The notes: generated by a model not told the origin, from the letters alone. Shown: positions 10,059 to 18,972, numbered from the stretch's first letter. The stretch: DNA of 64,000 nucleotides from an uncultured Gammaproteobacteria bacterium (GCA_964522405.1 CAZFTR010000005.1:7747-71746), one strand, 5' to 3'. Program-made: numbers and translations.

Positions 10059-11210
10059 ATGGAAAAAGTTTTGTTTACCTCTGAATCAGTAACAGAGGGA
10101 CATCCGGATAAAATCTGTGATCAGATCTCAGACGCAGTTTTGGATGCAGTTTTGAGTGATGATCCGGACGGAGCATGTTGTTGTGAAGTTTTTACTACAA
10201 CAGGCTTAGTTGTGGTTGGTGGAGAAATTACCACCAAAACCTATGTAGATATACCGGCCATAGTTCGAAGTACCTTAAAGGATATTGGCTACACAGACGC
10301 AGATTATGGAATAGACTATAAGAGTTGTGGAGTGGTTGTGGCAGTAGATGAACAAAGCCCTCATATTGCTCAGGGTGAAAAAACAGAGGAAGGAAAACAC
10401 AAAGCTCAGGGAGCAGGGGATCAGGGTATGATGTTTGGTTATGCTTGTAAAGAAACACCGGAGTTTATGCCACTGCCAATTATGCTGGCACATGGCCTTA
10501 CCAAGAAATTATCAGAAGTTAGAAAAGACGGAACTTTGGGCTATCTTCGACCTGATGGAAAAAGTCAGGTAACAGTTGAATATGTTGATGGAAAACCAAC
10601 TCGAGTAGACGCGGTAGTGCTTGCAGCACAGCATGATCCGGAAATAACACTTGAGCAGTTACGAGAAGATTTAAAACGAGAAGTAATAAACCCGGTTTGC
10701 GGAGAATATATTGATGAGAGTACCAAATATTTTATAAATGAAACTGGAACATTTATAATCGGAGGTCCACAAGGAGATACAGGAGTGACCGGAAGAAAAA
10801 TTATAGTAGATACTTATGGTGGAATGGGCCGACATGGTGGAGGAGCATTTTCCGGAAAAGTTCCAAACAAGCAAGATCGATCAGGAGCATATATGGCCAG
10901 ATATATTGCCAAAAATATTGTTGGCGCTGATCTGGCAGATCAATGCGAAGTTCAATTATCTTATGCAATTGGTTTTCCAGAGCCGGTAAGTGTACTTGTA
11001 GACACATTTGGAACTGGAAAAGCTGATACAGATAAATTAGTTGATGCGGTTAGGAAAATTTTTGATTTAACTCCGGCTGGAATAATTAACCAGCTAGATC
11101 TTAAGCGTCCAATTTACAAAGCAACAGCAGCTTACGGACACTTTGGAAGAGATGAATTTCCCTGGGAGAAATTAGATAAAGTAGAAGAATTGAAAACAGC
11201 ATTAGCTTAA
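10059..11210 (+). CDS. metK: S-adenosylmethionine synthetase
   Basis: [40 protein letters not shown] motifs. Confidence 0.98.
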   Translation: MEKVLFTSESVTEGHPDKICDQISDAVLDAVLSDDPDGACCCEVFTTTGLVVVGGEITTKTYVDIPAIVRSTLKDIGYTDADYGIDYKSCGVVVAVDEQSPHIAQGEKTEEGKHKAQGAGDQGMMFGYACKETPEFMPLPIMLAHGLTKKLSEVRKDGTLGYLRPDGKSQVTVEYVDGKPTRVDAVVLAAQHDPEITLEQLREDLKREVINPVCGEYIDESTKYFINETGTFIIGGPQGDTGVTGRKIIVDTYGGMGRHGGGAFSGKVPNKQDRSGAYMARYIAKNIVGADLADQCEVQLSYAIGFPEPVSVLVDTFGTGKADTDKLVDAVRKIFDLTPAGIINQLDLKRPIYKATAAYGHFGRDEFPWEKLDKVEELKTALA

Positions 11211-11224
11211 AAAACCAAAAAATA

Positions 11225-11256
11225 AAAAAATCTCGTTATTTATAGCGAGATTTTTT
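11225..11256. terminator. Intrinsic terminator after metK (bidirectional shape)
   Basis: A-run tctcgtta/tagcgaga T-run. Confidence 0.7.
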
Positions 11257-11301
11257 ATAATTAAATTTTTATATTATTTTCAAAAATACGCAATCAACGC
11301 A

Positions 11302-11415
11302 TATTGATTTGTACTATAAAGACTCATGAGACATTCCGCAGGCACATTGTTACCGCGGAGCAAGGTAACAATAGAGCCGAGGACGGCGAAGGAGGATTTA
11401 TAGTACAAATCAATA
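11302..11415 (+). repeat. Conserved-core palindromic element, copy 1
   Basis: 19-bp perfect arms tattgatttgtactataaa/tttatagtacaaatcaata around ATGAGACATTCCGCAG...CGAGGACGGCGAAG. Confidence 0.85.
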
Positions 11416-11568
11416 CTTTCCTATTGACAATAATATTAAAATTTAATTATTAGGAAGTGAGTGCCCGGGCAGCCCTCACGTCATGCCTGGCCCATAACCG
11501 TAGCCACTGTTGATTCCTCCCGACAGGGCGGACAGTGCGTACACGGTTTTGACCTCAGCAGGTCTTCC

Positions 11569-11961
11569 TCAAGTGGGGGAAGGAGCGTCCAAGATGGACA
11601 CGGCCCGTGCGATCAGATCACTCGGGCGAAAGGGTTTAGCAACGAAACCTTGCACCGAACCACTCGCCAGCAGGCCTTGCAGCTCGCCAGTTTGTTCGCC
11701 GGTGAAGCCGGACACGAGCAGAAGAGGGGTGTTGTTGCCAGCTTGCCGAAGCGCGCTTGCCACCTCTGTCCCACCCATGCACGGCATGATCACGTCGCAG
11801 AAAATCAGGTCAAACTCACCATCGAGTGCCTTTGTCAGGCCGTCAGCGCCGTTGCCGGCACATTCGACCTCAGCCTCACCGAAGTGGCGAGACAGCGCCC
11901 TCACAGCGATCAACCTGATCATTTCCTCATCGTCAATCACTAGAAACCGCTTTCTTCCCAT
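11569..11961 (-). CDS. GC-rich single-domain response regulator (130 aa)
   Basis: FLVIDDE, FDLIFCDVIMP, LLVSG, AKPF receiver motifs; AGAGGTG SD; promoter TTGACA(12022-27)-N17-TAATAT(11999-12004) on the minus strand. Confidence 0.9.
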   Translation of the reverse strand: MGRKRFLVIDDEEMIRLIAVRALSRHFGEAEVECAGNGADGLTKALDGEFDLIFCDVIMPCMGGTEVASALRQAGNNTPLLLVSGFTGEQTGELQGLLASGSVQGFVAKPFRPSDLIARAVSILDAPSPT

Positions 11962-12082
11962 AACACCTCTCTTTTGGAGAGGGCTACCCGGACAGGCCAT
12001 ATTATATCATCTATGTTGTGCTGTCAATAGTATGAGATTATTAAATATTGCTTTTTGGCTAAAATATGCTAAAATAATACCT

Positions 12083-12877
12083 ATGACCATAGTTCAAGCC
12101 CTTTTTTTGGGTATAATTCAAGGAATTACAGAATTCCTACCAATTTCATCATCTGGGCATTTGATTTTCCTGCCTAGTATTTTTGGTTGGGAAGATCAGG
12201 GTCTTGCTTTTGACGTGGTAGTTCATCTGGGTAGTTTGCTGGCAGTTATTGTTTTTTTTAGAAATAAACTTTGGAAAATTCTCAAAGGTTTTTTTGCTCA
12301 AGATGATCTACAAAATAGGAATTTAGGATTATTGCTAATCCTTTCAATTATTCCAGCAGGTATAATTGGATTATTTTTTGGAGATTTTATCGAGACAGGT
12401 TTTCGCTCAGCTACAGTAGTTGGTTTTGGTTTAATCTTTTGGGGAGTTCTACTTGGTTTGGCAGATAAGTATTCAAATAAATTGCAAAATCCTAAAAATC
12501 TTGAGAAAGCAAATTGGAAAAATGCCTTGTTCATTGGTTGTGCTCAAGCAATTGCGCTTATTCCCGGAACAAGCAGATCAGGAATTACTATGACAGCAGG
12601 TCTTTTTGCAAAATTTGATCGCAAATCTGCAGCAGAATTTAGTTTTCTGATGAGTGTACCGGTTATTGGTCTTGCGGGTGCTTTGAAGATTTTTGAATTG
12701 TTAAGTTTTGGATTGGGTCAGCTAAGTCTGGAGATTTTATCAGTTGGGTTTATTGCTTCAGCTCTTAGTGGCTTTATAGCAATTTCAGGGCTTATGAAAT
12801 TAATTCAACGTTGGAGTTTTATGCCTTTTGTTTATTATAGGGTGGTTGTTGGAATTTTGATTTTGTTCTTATTTTAA
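12083..12877 (+). CDS. uppP: Undecaprenyl-diphosphatase BacA/UppP
   Basis: GIIQGITEFLPISSSGHL and PGTSRSGIT motifs; real start MTIVQA at 12083. Confidence 0.95.
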   Translation: MTIVQALFLGIIQGITEFLPISSSGHLIFLPSIFGWEDQGLAFDVVVHLGSLLAVIVFFRNKLWKILKGFFAQDDLQNRNLGLLLILSIIPAGIIGLFFGDFIETGFRSATVVGFGLIFWGVLLGLADKYSNKLQNPKNLEKANWKNALFIGCAQAIALIPGTSRSGITMTAGLFAKFDRKSAAEFSFLMSVPVIGLAGALKIFELLSFGLGQLSLEILSVGFIASALSGFIAISGLMKLIQRWSFMPFVYYRVVVGILILFLF

Positions 12878-12880
12878 TAT

Positions 12881-14296
12881 ATGACAGAAAAACAGATAAT
12901 TAAGAAAATTTATACAGTTTCAAAGGAGCTTGACCAGGATATTTATATTGTTGGTGGTTTTGTGCGTGATGAATTATTGGGGATTAAGCACAAGAAAGAC
13001 TTGGATTTTGTAGTAGTCGGAAGTGGTCTTGAATTTGCCAAGAAATTTGATTTATCTCTAGAAGAAGAGGGGAGTCTGGTTGAGTTCCCAGATTTTGATA
13101 CAGCTCGTTATGTTTTAGATGATTTTGAAATAGAATTTGCAGGAGCTCGCATGGAATCGTATGATTCAGATTCCAGAAAACCGCATGTTAAGCCAGCTAC
13201 TCTTGAAATGGATTTATCAAGAAGAGATTTTACAGTTAATGCCATGGCAAGAAAAGTTATGTCATCTGGTTTGAGTAGTAAAATTCTTGATCCCTTTGAG
13301 GGCCAACAAGATTTAAAAAAGAAGATCATAAGAACGCCACTTGAGCCAAATGAAACATTTTCAGATGATCCACTACGTATGATGAGGGCAGCACGTTTTG
13401 CAGCGCAATTAGAATTTGAAATAGAAGAAAATACTTACAAAGCACTTGATAAAAATGCCAAAAGACTTAAAATAATTTCAGCAGAAAGAATTCAAGAAGA
13501 ATTATTTAAGATGCTTTCAACACTTGAGCCTTCAAAAGGTCTGTGGATTTTATATAAGACAGGATTGTTATCAGAATTTCTTCCGGAAGTGGTCGCACTT
13601 GGCGGTGTAGAAGAAGTTGCCGGTTATGCACATAAAAACAATTTATCCCACAGTTTCAAAGTTGTAGACAATATTGCCCAGATGAGTGATAAGTCAATTT
13701 TGCGTTTTGCCGGTTTGATGCATGATATTGGCAAGGCTGATACAAAGAAATTTGTAAAAGGGCGGGGCTGGACTTTTGATATGCATGATCATCTGGGAAA
13801 GAAAATGGTTAGGCAGATTGGCCGTCGATTGCGCATGAGTAAGGGTGATATAGAATATGTAGCTCACTTGGTTCGCTGGCATCTCTATCCGATTGCTCTT
13901 ATGGATGAGGGGGTAACTGATAGTCCTGTTCGCAGATTAATTGTAAATCTTCAGGAAGATTTGGATGATCTTCTGATTCTTTGTCGAGCAGATATTACCA
14001 CTGGAAATCAGAAGAAACTTAAGAGGAGATTAAAAAATTATGATTATCTGGAAAAAAGAATTGTAGAGGTTTTGGAAAAGGATAAGTTGCGAGCATTTCA
14101 GTCGCCGGTTCGCGGAGAGGAAATTATGAAGGAGTGCGGTTTAGGTCCAGGTCCAACAGTTGGAAAAATAAAAATAGCAATCGAAGAAGCTATTCTTGAT
14201 GGAATTATTGCCAATGAATATGAGCCGGCATTAGAATATTTTAAGAAAATAAAAGATGAATATATGAAAGATGTGCAGGATTGGGAAAAAGTTTAA
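12881..14296 (+). CDS. cca: CCA tRNA nucleotidyltransferase / poly(A) polymerase family with HD domain
   Basis: VGGFVRD, DLDF, DLSRRDFTVNAMA, DDPLRMMRAARF, SAERI, HDIGK. Confidence 0.9.
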   Translation: MTEKQIIKKIYTVSKELDQDIYIVGGFVRDELLGIKHKKDLDFVVVGSGLEFAKKFDLSLEEEGSLVEFPDFDTARYVLDDFEIEFAGARMESYDSDSRKPHVKPATLEMDLSRRDFTVNAMARKVMSSGLSSKILDPFEGQQDLKKKIIRTPLEPNETFSDDPLRMMRAARFAAQLEFEIEENTYKALDKNAKRLKIISAERIQEELFKMLSTLEPSKGLWILYKTGLLSEFLPEVVALGGVEEVAGYAHKNNLSHSFKVVDNIAQMSDKSILRFAGLMHDIGKADTKKFVKGRGWTFDMHDHLGKKMVRQIGRRLRMSKGDIEYVAHLVRWHLYPIALMDEGVTDSPVRRLIVNLQEDLDDLLILCRADITTGNQKKLKRRLKNYDYLEKRIVEVLEKDKLRAFQSPVRGEEIMKECGLGPGPTVGKIKIAIEEAILDGIIANEYEPALEYFKKIKDEYMKDVQDWEKV

Positions 14297-14311
14297 TTCT
14301 AAAATATAAAT

Positions 14312-14339
14312 AAAAGCCAGCCCACACAAGGGCTGGTTT
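14312..14339. terminator. Terminator between convergent cca and the RNA array
   Basis: aaaagccagccc/gggctggttt hairpin. Confidence 0.7.
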
Positions 14340-14464
14340 GATTTTGAAGGGAGGGGTCGGCGCGGCAAGTTGGTCCTGAATTGCCCCTTTTATACGGGTG
14401 GTTGATGATACAACCGCGCCTTCCCCATAAATAGCCTTAGCTTGCGCCTTGGCCAAAGAACAGA

Positions 14465-14539
14465 TGGATCGGGAACCTGGATTTGAACCAGGGACTTCAG
14501 GATTTGGAGTCCTGCACTCTACCGCTGAGTTATTCCCGA
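14465..14539 (-). tRNA. Atypical tRNA, anticodon CCA, U1-A72/C2-G71, U73, encoded CCA end
   Basis: TCGGGAA-TA-ACTC-AGCGGTA-GAGT-G-CAGGA-CTCCAAA-TCCTG-AAGTC-CCTGG-TTCAAAT-CCAGG-TTCCCGA-T-CCA; all stems Watson-Crick. Confidence 0.92.
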
Positions 14540-14702
14540 AAAAGAGAGGGCTGGGCTTGGGTCTGTCGCCAAGGCATATAGACCACAATCGGACTGGGAC
14601 GCCAGATCCAAGCTTGCCCCCATAAAAGGACAGAAACGCCATCTAGTCCACCGTGGACTAGGGGGGTGACAGCGAGTCTGTGCTGATCCGTGCTGGGCAC
14701 GG

Positions 14703-14819
14703 GCCCTGATGCGGGGATTTGCACCCCAATGCGCGACGAGTGCCGCGGTTTACTTTGCCTGATTTTGCGGAGTCAAATTGAGGCTTAAGCTTACAATTTT
14801 CTTGGCAACAGCATCAGGG
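14703..14819 (-). ncRNA. tRNA-like element (8-bp acceptor, T arm, long variable-like arm)
   Basis: CCCTGATG/CATCAGGG, TGGGG-TGCAAAT-CCCCG, CGCGGC-ACTC-GTCGCG; no canonical D or anticodon arm. Confidence 0.5.
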
Positions 14820-15074
14820 AAGCCACTCATGGCGGCTATGTTTGTGGATGAGAAGTGCTCAACACTTGTGGCGGATTATGAATACCGCTTACCAACCCGA
14901 CAAGTGGGGCACAAGTTTACTCCCGTGAACGGGCAGACTTTCTTCACTCCTCACATTGATATCGAAAGCAATAAGAATATTATACAAAAGAGTTCTTTTT
15001 GTCAATTATAGAAGTGAATAAACAAATTGCTATTTTCAATTAAAATTGCTATAATGGCATCATAAATTTTCTAT

Positions 15075-15803
15075 ATGTTTCTAGTGGAATTTTGGAATAA
15101 TTTTTTATATCGTCCATTATTTAATTTCCTAATTTGGATGTACAATAATTGGACTCATGGAAACTTGGGTTGGGCAGTTGTTTATTTAACTGTCTTTTTG
15201 CGTTTAGCACTTCTCCCTTTTACAGTTTTGGCAGAGCGAGCAAAAGTTAAAAATGAAATATATTTTACAAAAGTTAAGCAGATGATCAAGGAGTACAAAA
15301 AAGATCCGGTTTTGCTCAAACAAGAAGTGCGTAAATATCTGAAAAAGAAAAAAGTACGTCCATGGTCAAGAGTATTTGAAATCGGAGTTCAGTTAGTGGT
15401 ATTGTTACTTTTGTATCAGGTATTTTTGCGGGGAATTACAGGTGAGAGAGTAAAGATTTTACGTCTACTCTACGATTTTGTGAATTACCCGGGAGATATC
15501 AATACCATGTTCTATAGTTTTGATCTTGGAGCTATACATGATTCTATTTGGGCCGGATTTGTAGCTGTTTTCATGCTTTTTTATATTTTTCTTGAATTCA
15601 AAGAAAATAAGGTACTGCTTACCAAAAGAGATTTGGCTTATTTTACACTTTTTCCATTGTCAGTTTTTCTATTATTGTGGATATTACCAATGGTAAAATC
15701 TTTGTTTATATTGACTTCCATGATCATGTCAGTAGTTTTTCACTATGTGATTAAGCTATTTATAAGAAAGCCCAAGCTGCATGAAAAAGCAAAATCAACT
15801 TGA
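15075..15803 (+). CDS. YidC/Oxa1 family membrane insertase-like protein
   Basis: GNLGWAVVYLTVFLRLALLP, helical cytoplasmic hairpin ending KKVRP, then QLVVLLLLYQVF. Confidence 0.8.
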   Translation: MFLVEFWNNFLYRPLFNFLIWMYNNWTHGNLGWAVVYLTVFLRLALLPFTVLAERAKVKNEIYFTKVKQMIKEYKKDPVLLKQEVRKYLKKKKVRPWSRVFEIGVQLVVLLLLYQVFLRGITGERVKILRLLYDFVNYPGDINTMFYSFDLGAIHDSIWAGFVAVFMLFYIFLEFKENKVLLTKRDLAYFTLFPLSVFLLLWILPMVKSLFILTSMIMSVVFHYVIKLFIRKPKLHEKAKST

Positions 15804-15908
15804 TATTAAAAGGTTTTAGTAGTAATATAGATACATCAATAAGGATCTGTAGCCAAATTTCATCCTAAAAGCATATTTGGCACAGCACCATTAAATAAAC
15901 CATCAAAT

Positions 15909-16520
15909 ATGGCTGAAGAATCAATTGATAAATTAATGTATTCCTTTGTCATGGAAGACGTACTCAAGGGCATTTTTATTTATGTGCCACCCGGGTATGT
16001 TGCCTGTGTCTATGATCTCGGCAGGGGAGTTTTAAAAAAAGTTCTTACACCGGGATTGCATTTTAAGATTCCATTTTGGCAAAAAGCAAAATTGTTCAAT
16101 ACTCAAACTTTAGAATACAGTATCAGTAGAGAATTTAATCCTGAGAACGAAAAAGCCATGGGAGACGTGCCAATTGCAGCAGTTACTATGGATTCTAAGC
16201 GTATAGCAGTAGAGGGAACAGTTCTCTTGAGATTAGATATTCACCAAATCCCACATATTTGGCAGACAATAGGTGAAGATTTTGTAGTGAAGATTATCCG
16301 ACCGACTATCCGCAGCCGTATTCGTATGGTAGCAAGTAGATTTGATCACAATGACATGATCGGAGCAAAGAGAGATTCAGTAGAAACAGAGCTCAAGAGC
16401 GAACTTGAGAGAATATTTTATCCGCGTGGAATATATGTAGAAAATATTCTTCTGAGTGAAGTTTCCACAGTATCAGAACAGCCCAAGAAAAAGAAAAAGA
16501 AAAAAGAAGACGAAGAATAA
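15909..16520 (+). CDS. SPFH/prohibitin (band 7) domain protein
   Basis: VPPGYVAC, PGLHFKIPFWQ, IIRPTIRSRIR; poly-Lys tail. Confidence 0.85.
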   Translation: MAEESIDKLMYSFVMEDVLKGIFIYVPPGYVACVYDLGRGVLKKVLTPGLHFKIPFWQKAKLFNTQTLEYSISREFNPENEKAMGDVPIAAVTMDSKRIAVEGTVLLRLDIHQIPHIWQTIGEDFVVKIIRPTIRSRIRMVASRFDHNDMIGAKRDSVETELKSELERIFYPRGIYVENILLSEVSTVSEQPKKKKKKKEDEE

Positions 16521-16633
16521 ATAACAAATCTAAATTCAGCTCTGACACATGTCGGAGCTTTTTATTTAGCCGCAAAACTTGTTGACAATAAATTTTGAAT
16601 TAAATAGATATTAGCTTAAATTTAGCACATATA

Positions 16634-16743
16634 TGGTTTGTGGATTAAAAACTCATGAGACAATCCGCAGCCCCCTTGCTGATGCTGAAAGCAGATCAGC
16701 AAGAGAGGCGAGGACGGCGAAGGAGGATTTAATCCACAAACCA
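16634..16743 (+). repeat. Conserved-core palindromic element, copy 2 (outer arms extend about 16602-16779)
   Basis: 16-bp perfect arms tggtttgtggattaaa/tttaatccacaaacca around the same core; extra 22-bp IR aaatagatattagcttaaattt further out. Confidence 0.85.
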
Positions 16744-16790
16744 ATGTAGAATAGAAAAAATTTAAGCTAATATCTATTTGATTCCATTTC

Positions 16791-16844
16791 TTGACAACAT
16801 TTTAAGGCGGTGGTATATTATCACTCAAGTATCATGAGTGCTAA
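16791..16844 (+). promoter_or_regulatory. hrcA promoter and CIRCE operator
   Basis: TTGACA-N17-TATATT; TTATCACTC-N9-GAGTGCTAA (16818-16844), one mismatch to the CIRCE consensus. Confidence 0.9.
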
Positions 16845-16847
16845 AAT

Positions 16848-17528
16848 ATGGAAACCAGAAAAGAACAATTACTCGGGCTGGTAGTAGAGGAATATATCAA
16901 AACAGCCCAGCCAATCGGATCAAAATTTTTAAGTACAGAAACAGAACTTAGAGTTAGTGCTGCAACAATTCGAAACGAAATGCGAGACCTAGAAGAAACC
17001 GGAATGCTAGCGCAACCACACACCTCAGCAGGAAGAATACCAACAGAAGCAGGGTACCGATACTATGTAGATAATATTTTAAAAATAGGAAAACTTACTA
17101 AGAAAAAACAGGAAAACTTACAAAAAATTGAAAAACTGGAATTAGATAAAAAAAGCAAATACAAAGAAATGGCAAAGTATATTTCAGAGGACTTGGGCGC
17201 TGCGGTTATCATTGCTTTTGGGAGTAATTCATTGTATTATACTGGGATTGGAAATTTATTTTCACAGCCAGAATTCCAAACTCATGCACATACAGTGGAT
17301 GTCTCAGCAGTATTTGACAAGTGTGAAGAAGTAATAGATCAGGTGTTTGAAGAAATAGAAAAGGGCTTACCAAAAGTTCTGGTTGGCAAAGAAAATCCAT
17401 TTGGTTCAGTCTGTAGTTTAGTGGGGGTCCGTTTTGGAAATCATAGTTTGTTGTCAGTTCTCGGACCCATGCGAATGAACTATGGTAGATCATTAGAATT
17501 TCTTGATTTTATCAAGGAAATCGATTAA
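16848..17528 (+). CDS. hrcA: Heat-inducible transcription repressor HrcA (short form)
   Basis: PIGSK, SAATIRNEM, QPHTSAGRIPTEAGYRYY, GPMRMNY. Confidence 0.95.
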   Translation: METRKEQLLGLVVEEYIKTAQPIGSKFLSTETELRVSAATIRNEMRDLEETGMLAQPHTSAGRIPTEAGYRYYVDNILKIGKLTKKKQENLQKIEKLELDKKSKYKEMAKYISEDLGAAVIIAFGSNSLYYTGIGNLFSQPEFQTHAHTVDVSAVFDKCEEVIDQVFEEIEKGLPKVLVGKENPFGSVCSLVGVRFGNHSLLSVLGPMRMNYGRSLEFLDFIKEID

Positions 17529-17624
17529 TAGTTGATAGTTTGCAGTTTATTGACGATAATTAGTTGTAAACAAAATCAAATTTTAATCATAAACTAATAA
17601 CTATTAACTGTAAACTATCAACTA
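17527..17624. repeat. Heptamer-repeat palindrome
   Basis: tagttgatagtttgcagttta ... taactgtaaactatcaacta. Confidence 0.75.
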
Positions 17625-17630
17625 ACAAAT

Positions 17631-18542
17631 ATGTCAGAAGAAAAAAGACCACGAGCAACAATGGGTGTTTATATTTTCAATAAAAAAGGTCAGATTTTAA
17701 TGGCAAAAAGCCCAAAATGGAGTGATCAGTATGTAGTTCCGGGTGGACATGTGGATTATGGTGAAAAAGTAGAAGATGCAGCAATTCGTGAAGTAAAAGA
17801 AGAAACAGGTCTTGATGTAAAAAATCCAGAATTGATTACAGTGATAAATATGATAGAGCCGGAGGATTTTACCAAATACACTGCCCATTTTGTTGGATTG
17901 CAATACCGGGTTGAGTTGATAGATGAAAATCAAAAGCCGGAATTGGATGAGCGTGAATTAACAGAATACAAATGGATTACACCAGAAGAAATTGTAGCAG
18001 ACGAAAACGTAGAACCATTTACAAGAAAAGTAGTACAAGATTTTCTAGTAAACAAAAAATCAAAGAAATTATTTAATAAAAAATGTAAAAACTGTGAGAA
18101 AAATGAAAACCAGTCACTAGAATACAAAGCTGGTTGGCAAAGAGCGCAAGCAGATTATAAAAATTTACAAAAAGAAATAGAAGAAAAAAGAAGCGAGCTA
18201 CTAAGATGGAGTAAAGAGCAAATACTTGGGGATTTTATCCCGGTATATGATAATTTCAAAAAAGCATTTGCAAGTAGAAAAGAGACAGATGATAAAGAAA
18301 TAGAAAATTGGGCAAAAGGAATTGAATACATAATGAAGCAATTTGGAGATATTCTAAAAGCTCACAATATAGAAGAGATTGAAACAGTGGGTCAGGAATT
18401 TAATCCAGAATTTCATGAAGCGATGAGTGAAGAAAATTCAGAAGAATTTGAAGAGGGAGTAATTATAAGAGAAATAGATGCAGGATATACAATGAAAGAA
18501 AAAGTTATAAAAGTCGCAAAAGTGGTAGTTTGTAAAAAATAA
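17631..18542 (+). CDS. grpE: Nudix hydrolase-GrpE fusion protein
   Basis: N-half Nudix box GGHVDYGEKVEDAAIREVKEETGL; C-half GrpE (RAQADYKN, PVYDNF, GQEFNPEFHEAM, GY..KEKVIKVAKV) in one frame. Confidence 0.9.
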   Translation: MSEEKRPRATMGVYIFNKKGQILMAKSPKWSDQYVVPGGHVDYGEKVEDAAIREVKEETGLDVKNPELITVINMIEPEDFTKYTAHFVGLQYRVELIDENQKPELDERELTEYKWITPEEIVADENVEPFTRKVVQDFLVNKKSKKLFNKKCKNCEKNENQSLEYKAGWQRAQADYKNLQKEIEEKRSELLRWSKEQILGDFIPVYDNFKKAFASRKETDDKEIENWAKGIEYIMKQFGDILKAHNIEEIETVGQEFNPEFHEAMSEENSEEFEEGVIIREIDAGYTMKEKVIKVAKVVVCKK

Positions 18543-18546
18543 TCTT

Positions 18547-18915
18547 ATGTTTGGAAGAAAAGAAAGAGTAAGAATGCCAGATAGGTTTAAAGATGAAGTC
18601 ATGACCACTGATCATGCAATTGATAAATTAGAGGAGGAAGAAGACACAGCATCGATAATAAAGTGGGCTAAGAATAATGAAATATCAAGAGATGAGATAG
18701 TTTTTTCTTTAAATTGGATATTGGGGTTTGTTTTACTTGAGGAGGAGCTTATAAGAAACGCTGAAACTAGAGTAGAAACGTCAGAAGATGTAAATGATTT
18801 TGATAGCTCAATAGAGTCTACATTTAGTGTTGAGGAGCGTAAGGAATATATAGATAATTTAGCAAAGAGAGTAAGAAAACACGCCGACTATCTAGTAGGC
18901 CTAGATGATTGGTAA
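18547..18915 (+). CDS. Hypothetical acidic protein
   Basis: 122-aa ORF within the operon. Confidence 0.6.
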   Translation: MFGRKERVRMPDRFKDEVMTTDHAIDKLEEEEDTASIIKWAKNNEISRDEIVFSLNWILGFVLLEEELIRNAETRVETSEDVNDFDSSIESTFSVEERKEYIDNLAKRVRKHADYLVGLDDW

Positions 18916-18972
18916 TAATTAAAAAGGGTTTATTTCTCGTCAGACGGCGACAGATAAACGGAGGATAAAAGT

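Larger units (their letters stand above)
14345..14970 (-). ncRNA. Putative ~620-nt GC-rich structured RNA array (contains a tRNA and tRNA-like domains)
   Basis: Consecutive multi-stem domains, no convincing ORF, minus-strand promoter TTGACA(15000-05)-N17-TAATAT(14977-82), terminator at 14312. Confidence 0.6.

Noticed and set aside
11510-12082. N-terminal 190-aa extension of UppP in the ORF track
   Set aside because: It is the antisense shadow of the GC-rich response regulator; UppP homology starts at ATG 12083
14660-14700. GGGGGTGA resembles a tmRNA 5' end
   Set aside because: No following TTCGAC, no tag ORF, no matching 3' T arm and CCA on that strand
14241-15011. ORFs 14241-14642, 14530-14724 and 14778-15011; likewise 37152-37517, 37348-37566, 40254-40502, 40337-40618, 41278-41673 and 41432-41758
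   Set aside because: They overlap a tRNA, structured RNA or a better-supported ORF and show no recognisable motifs; long spurious frames are expected in GC-rich DNA
16676-16692. CTGATG...GAAA in element copy 2 suggests a hammerhead ribozyme
   Set aside because: CTGATGA is not intact, stem II is missing and the motif is absent from the other copies
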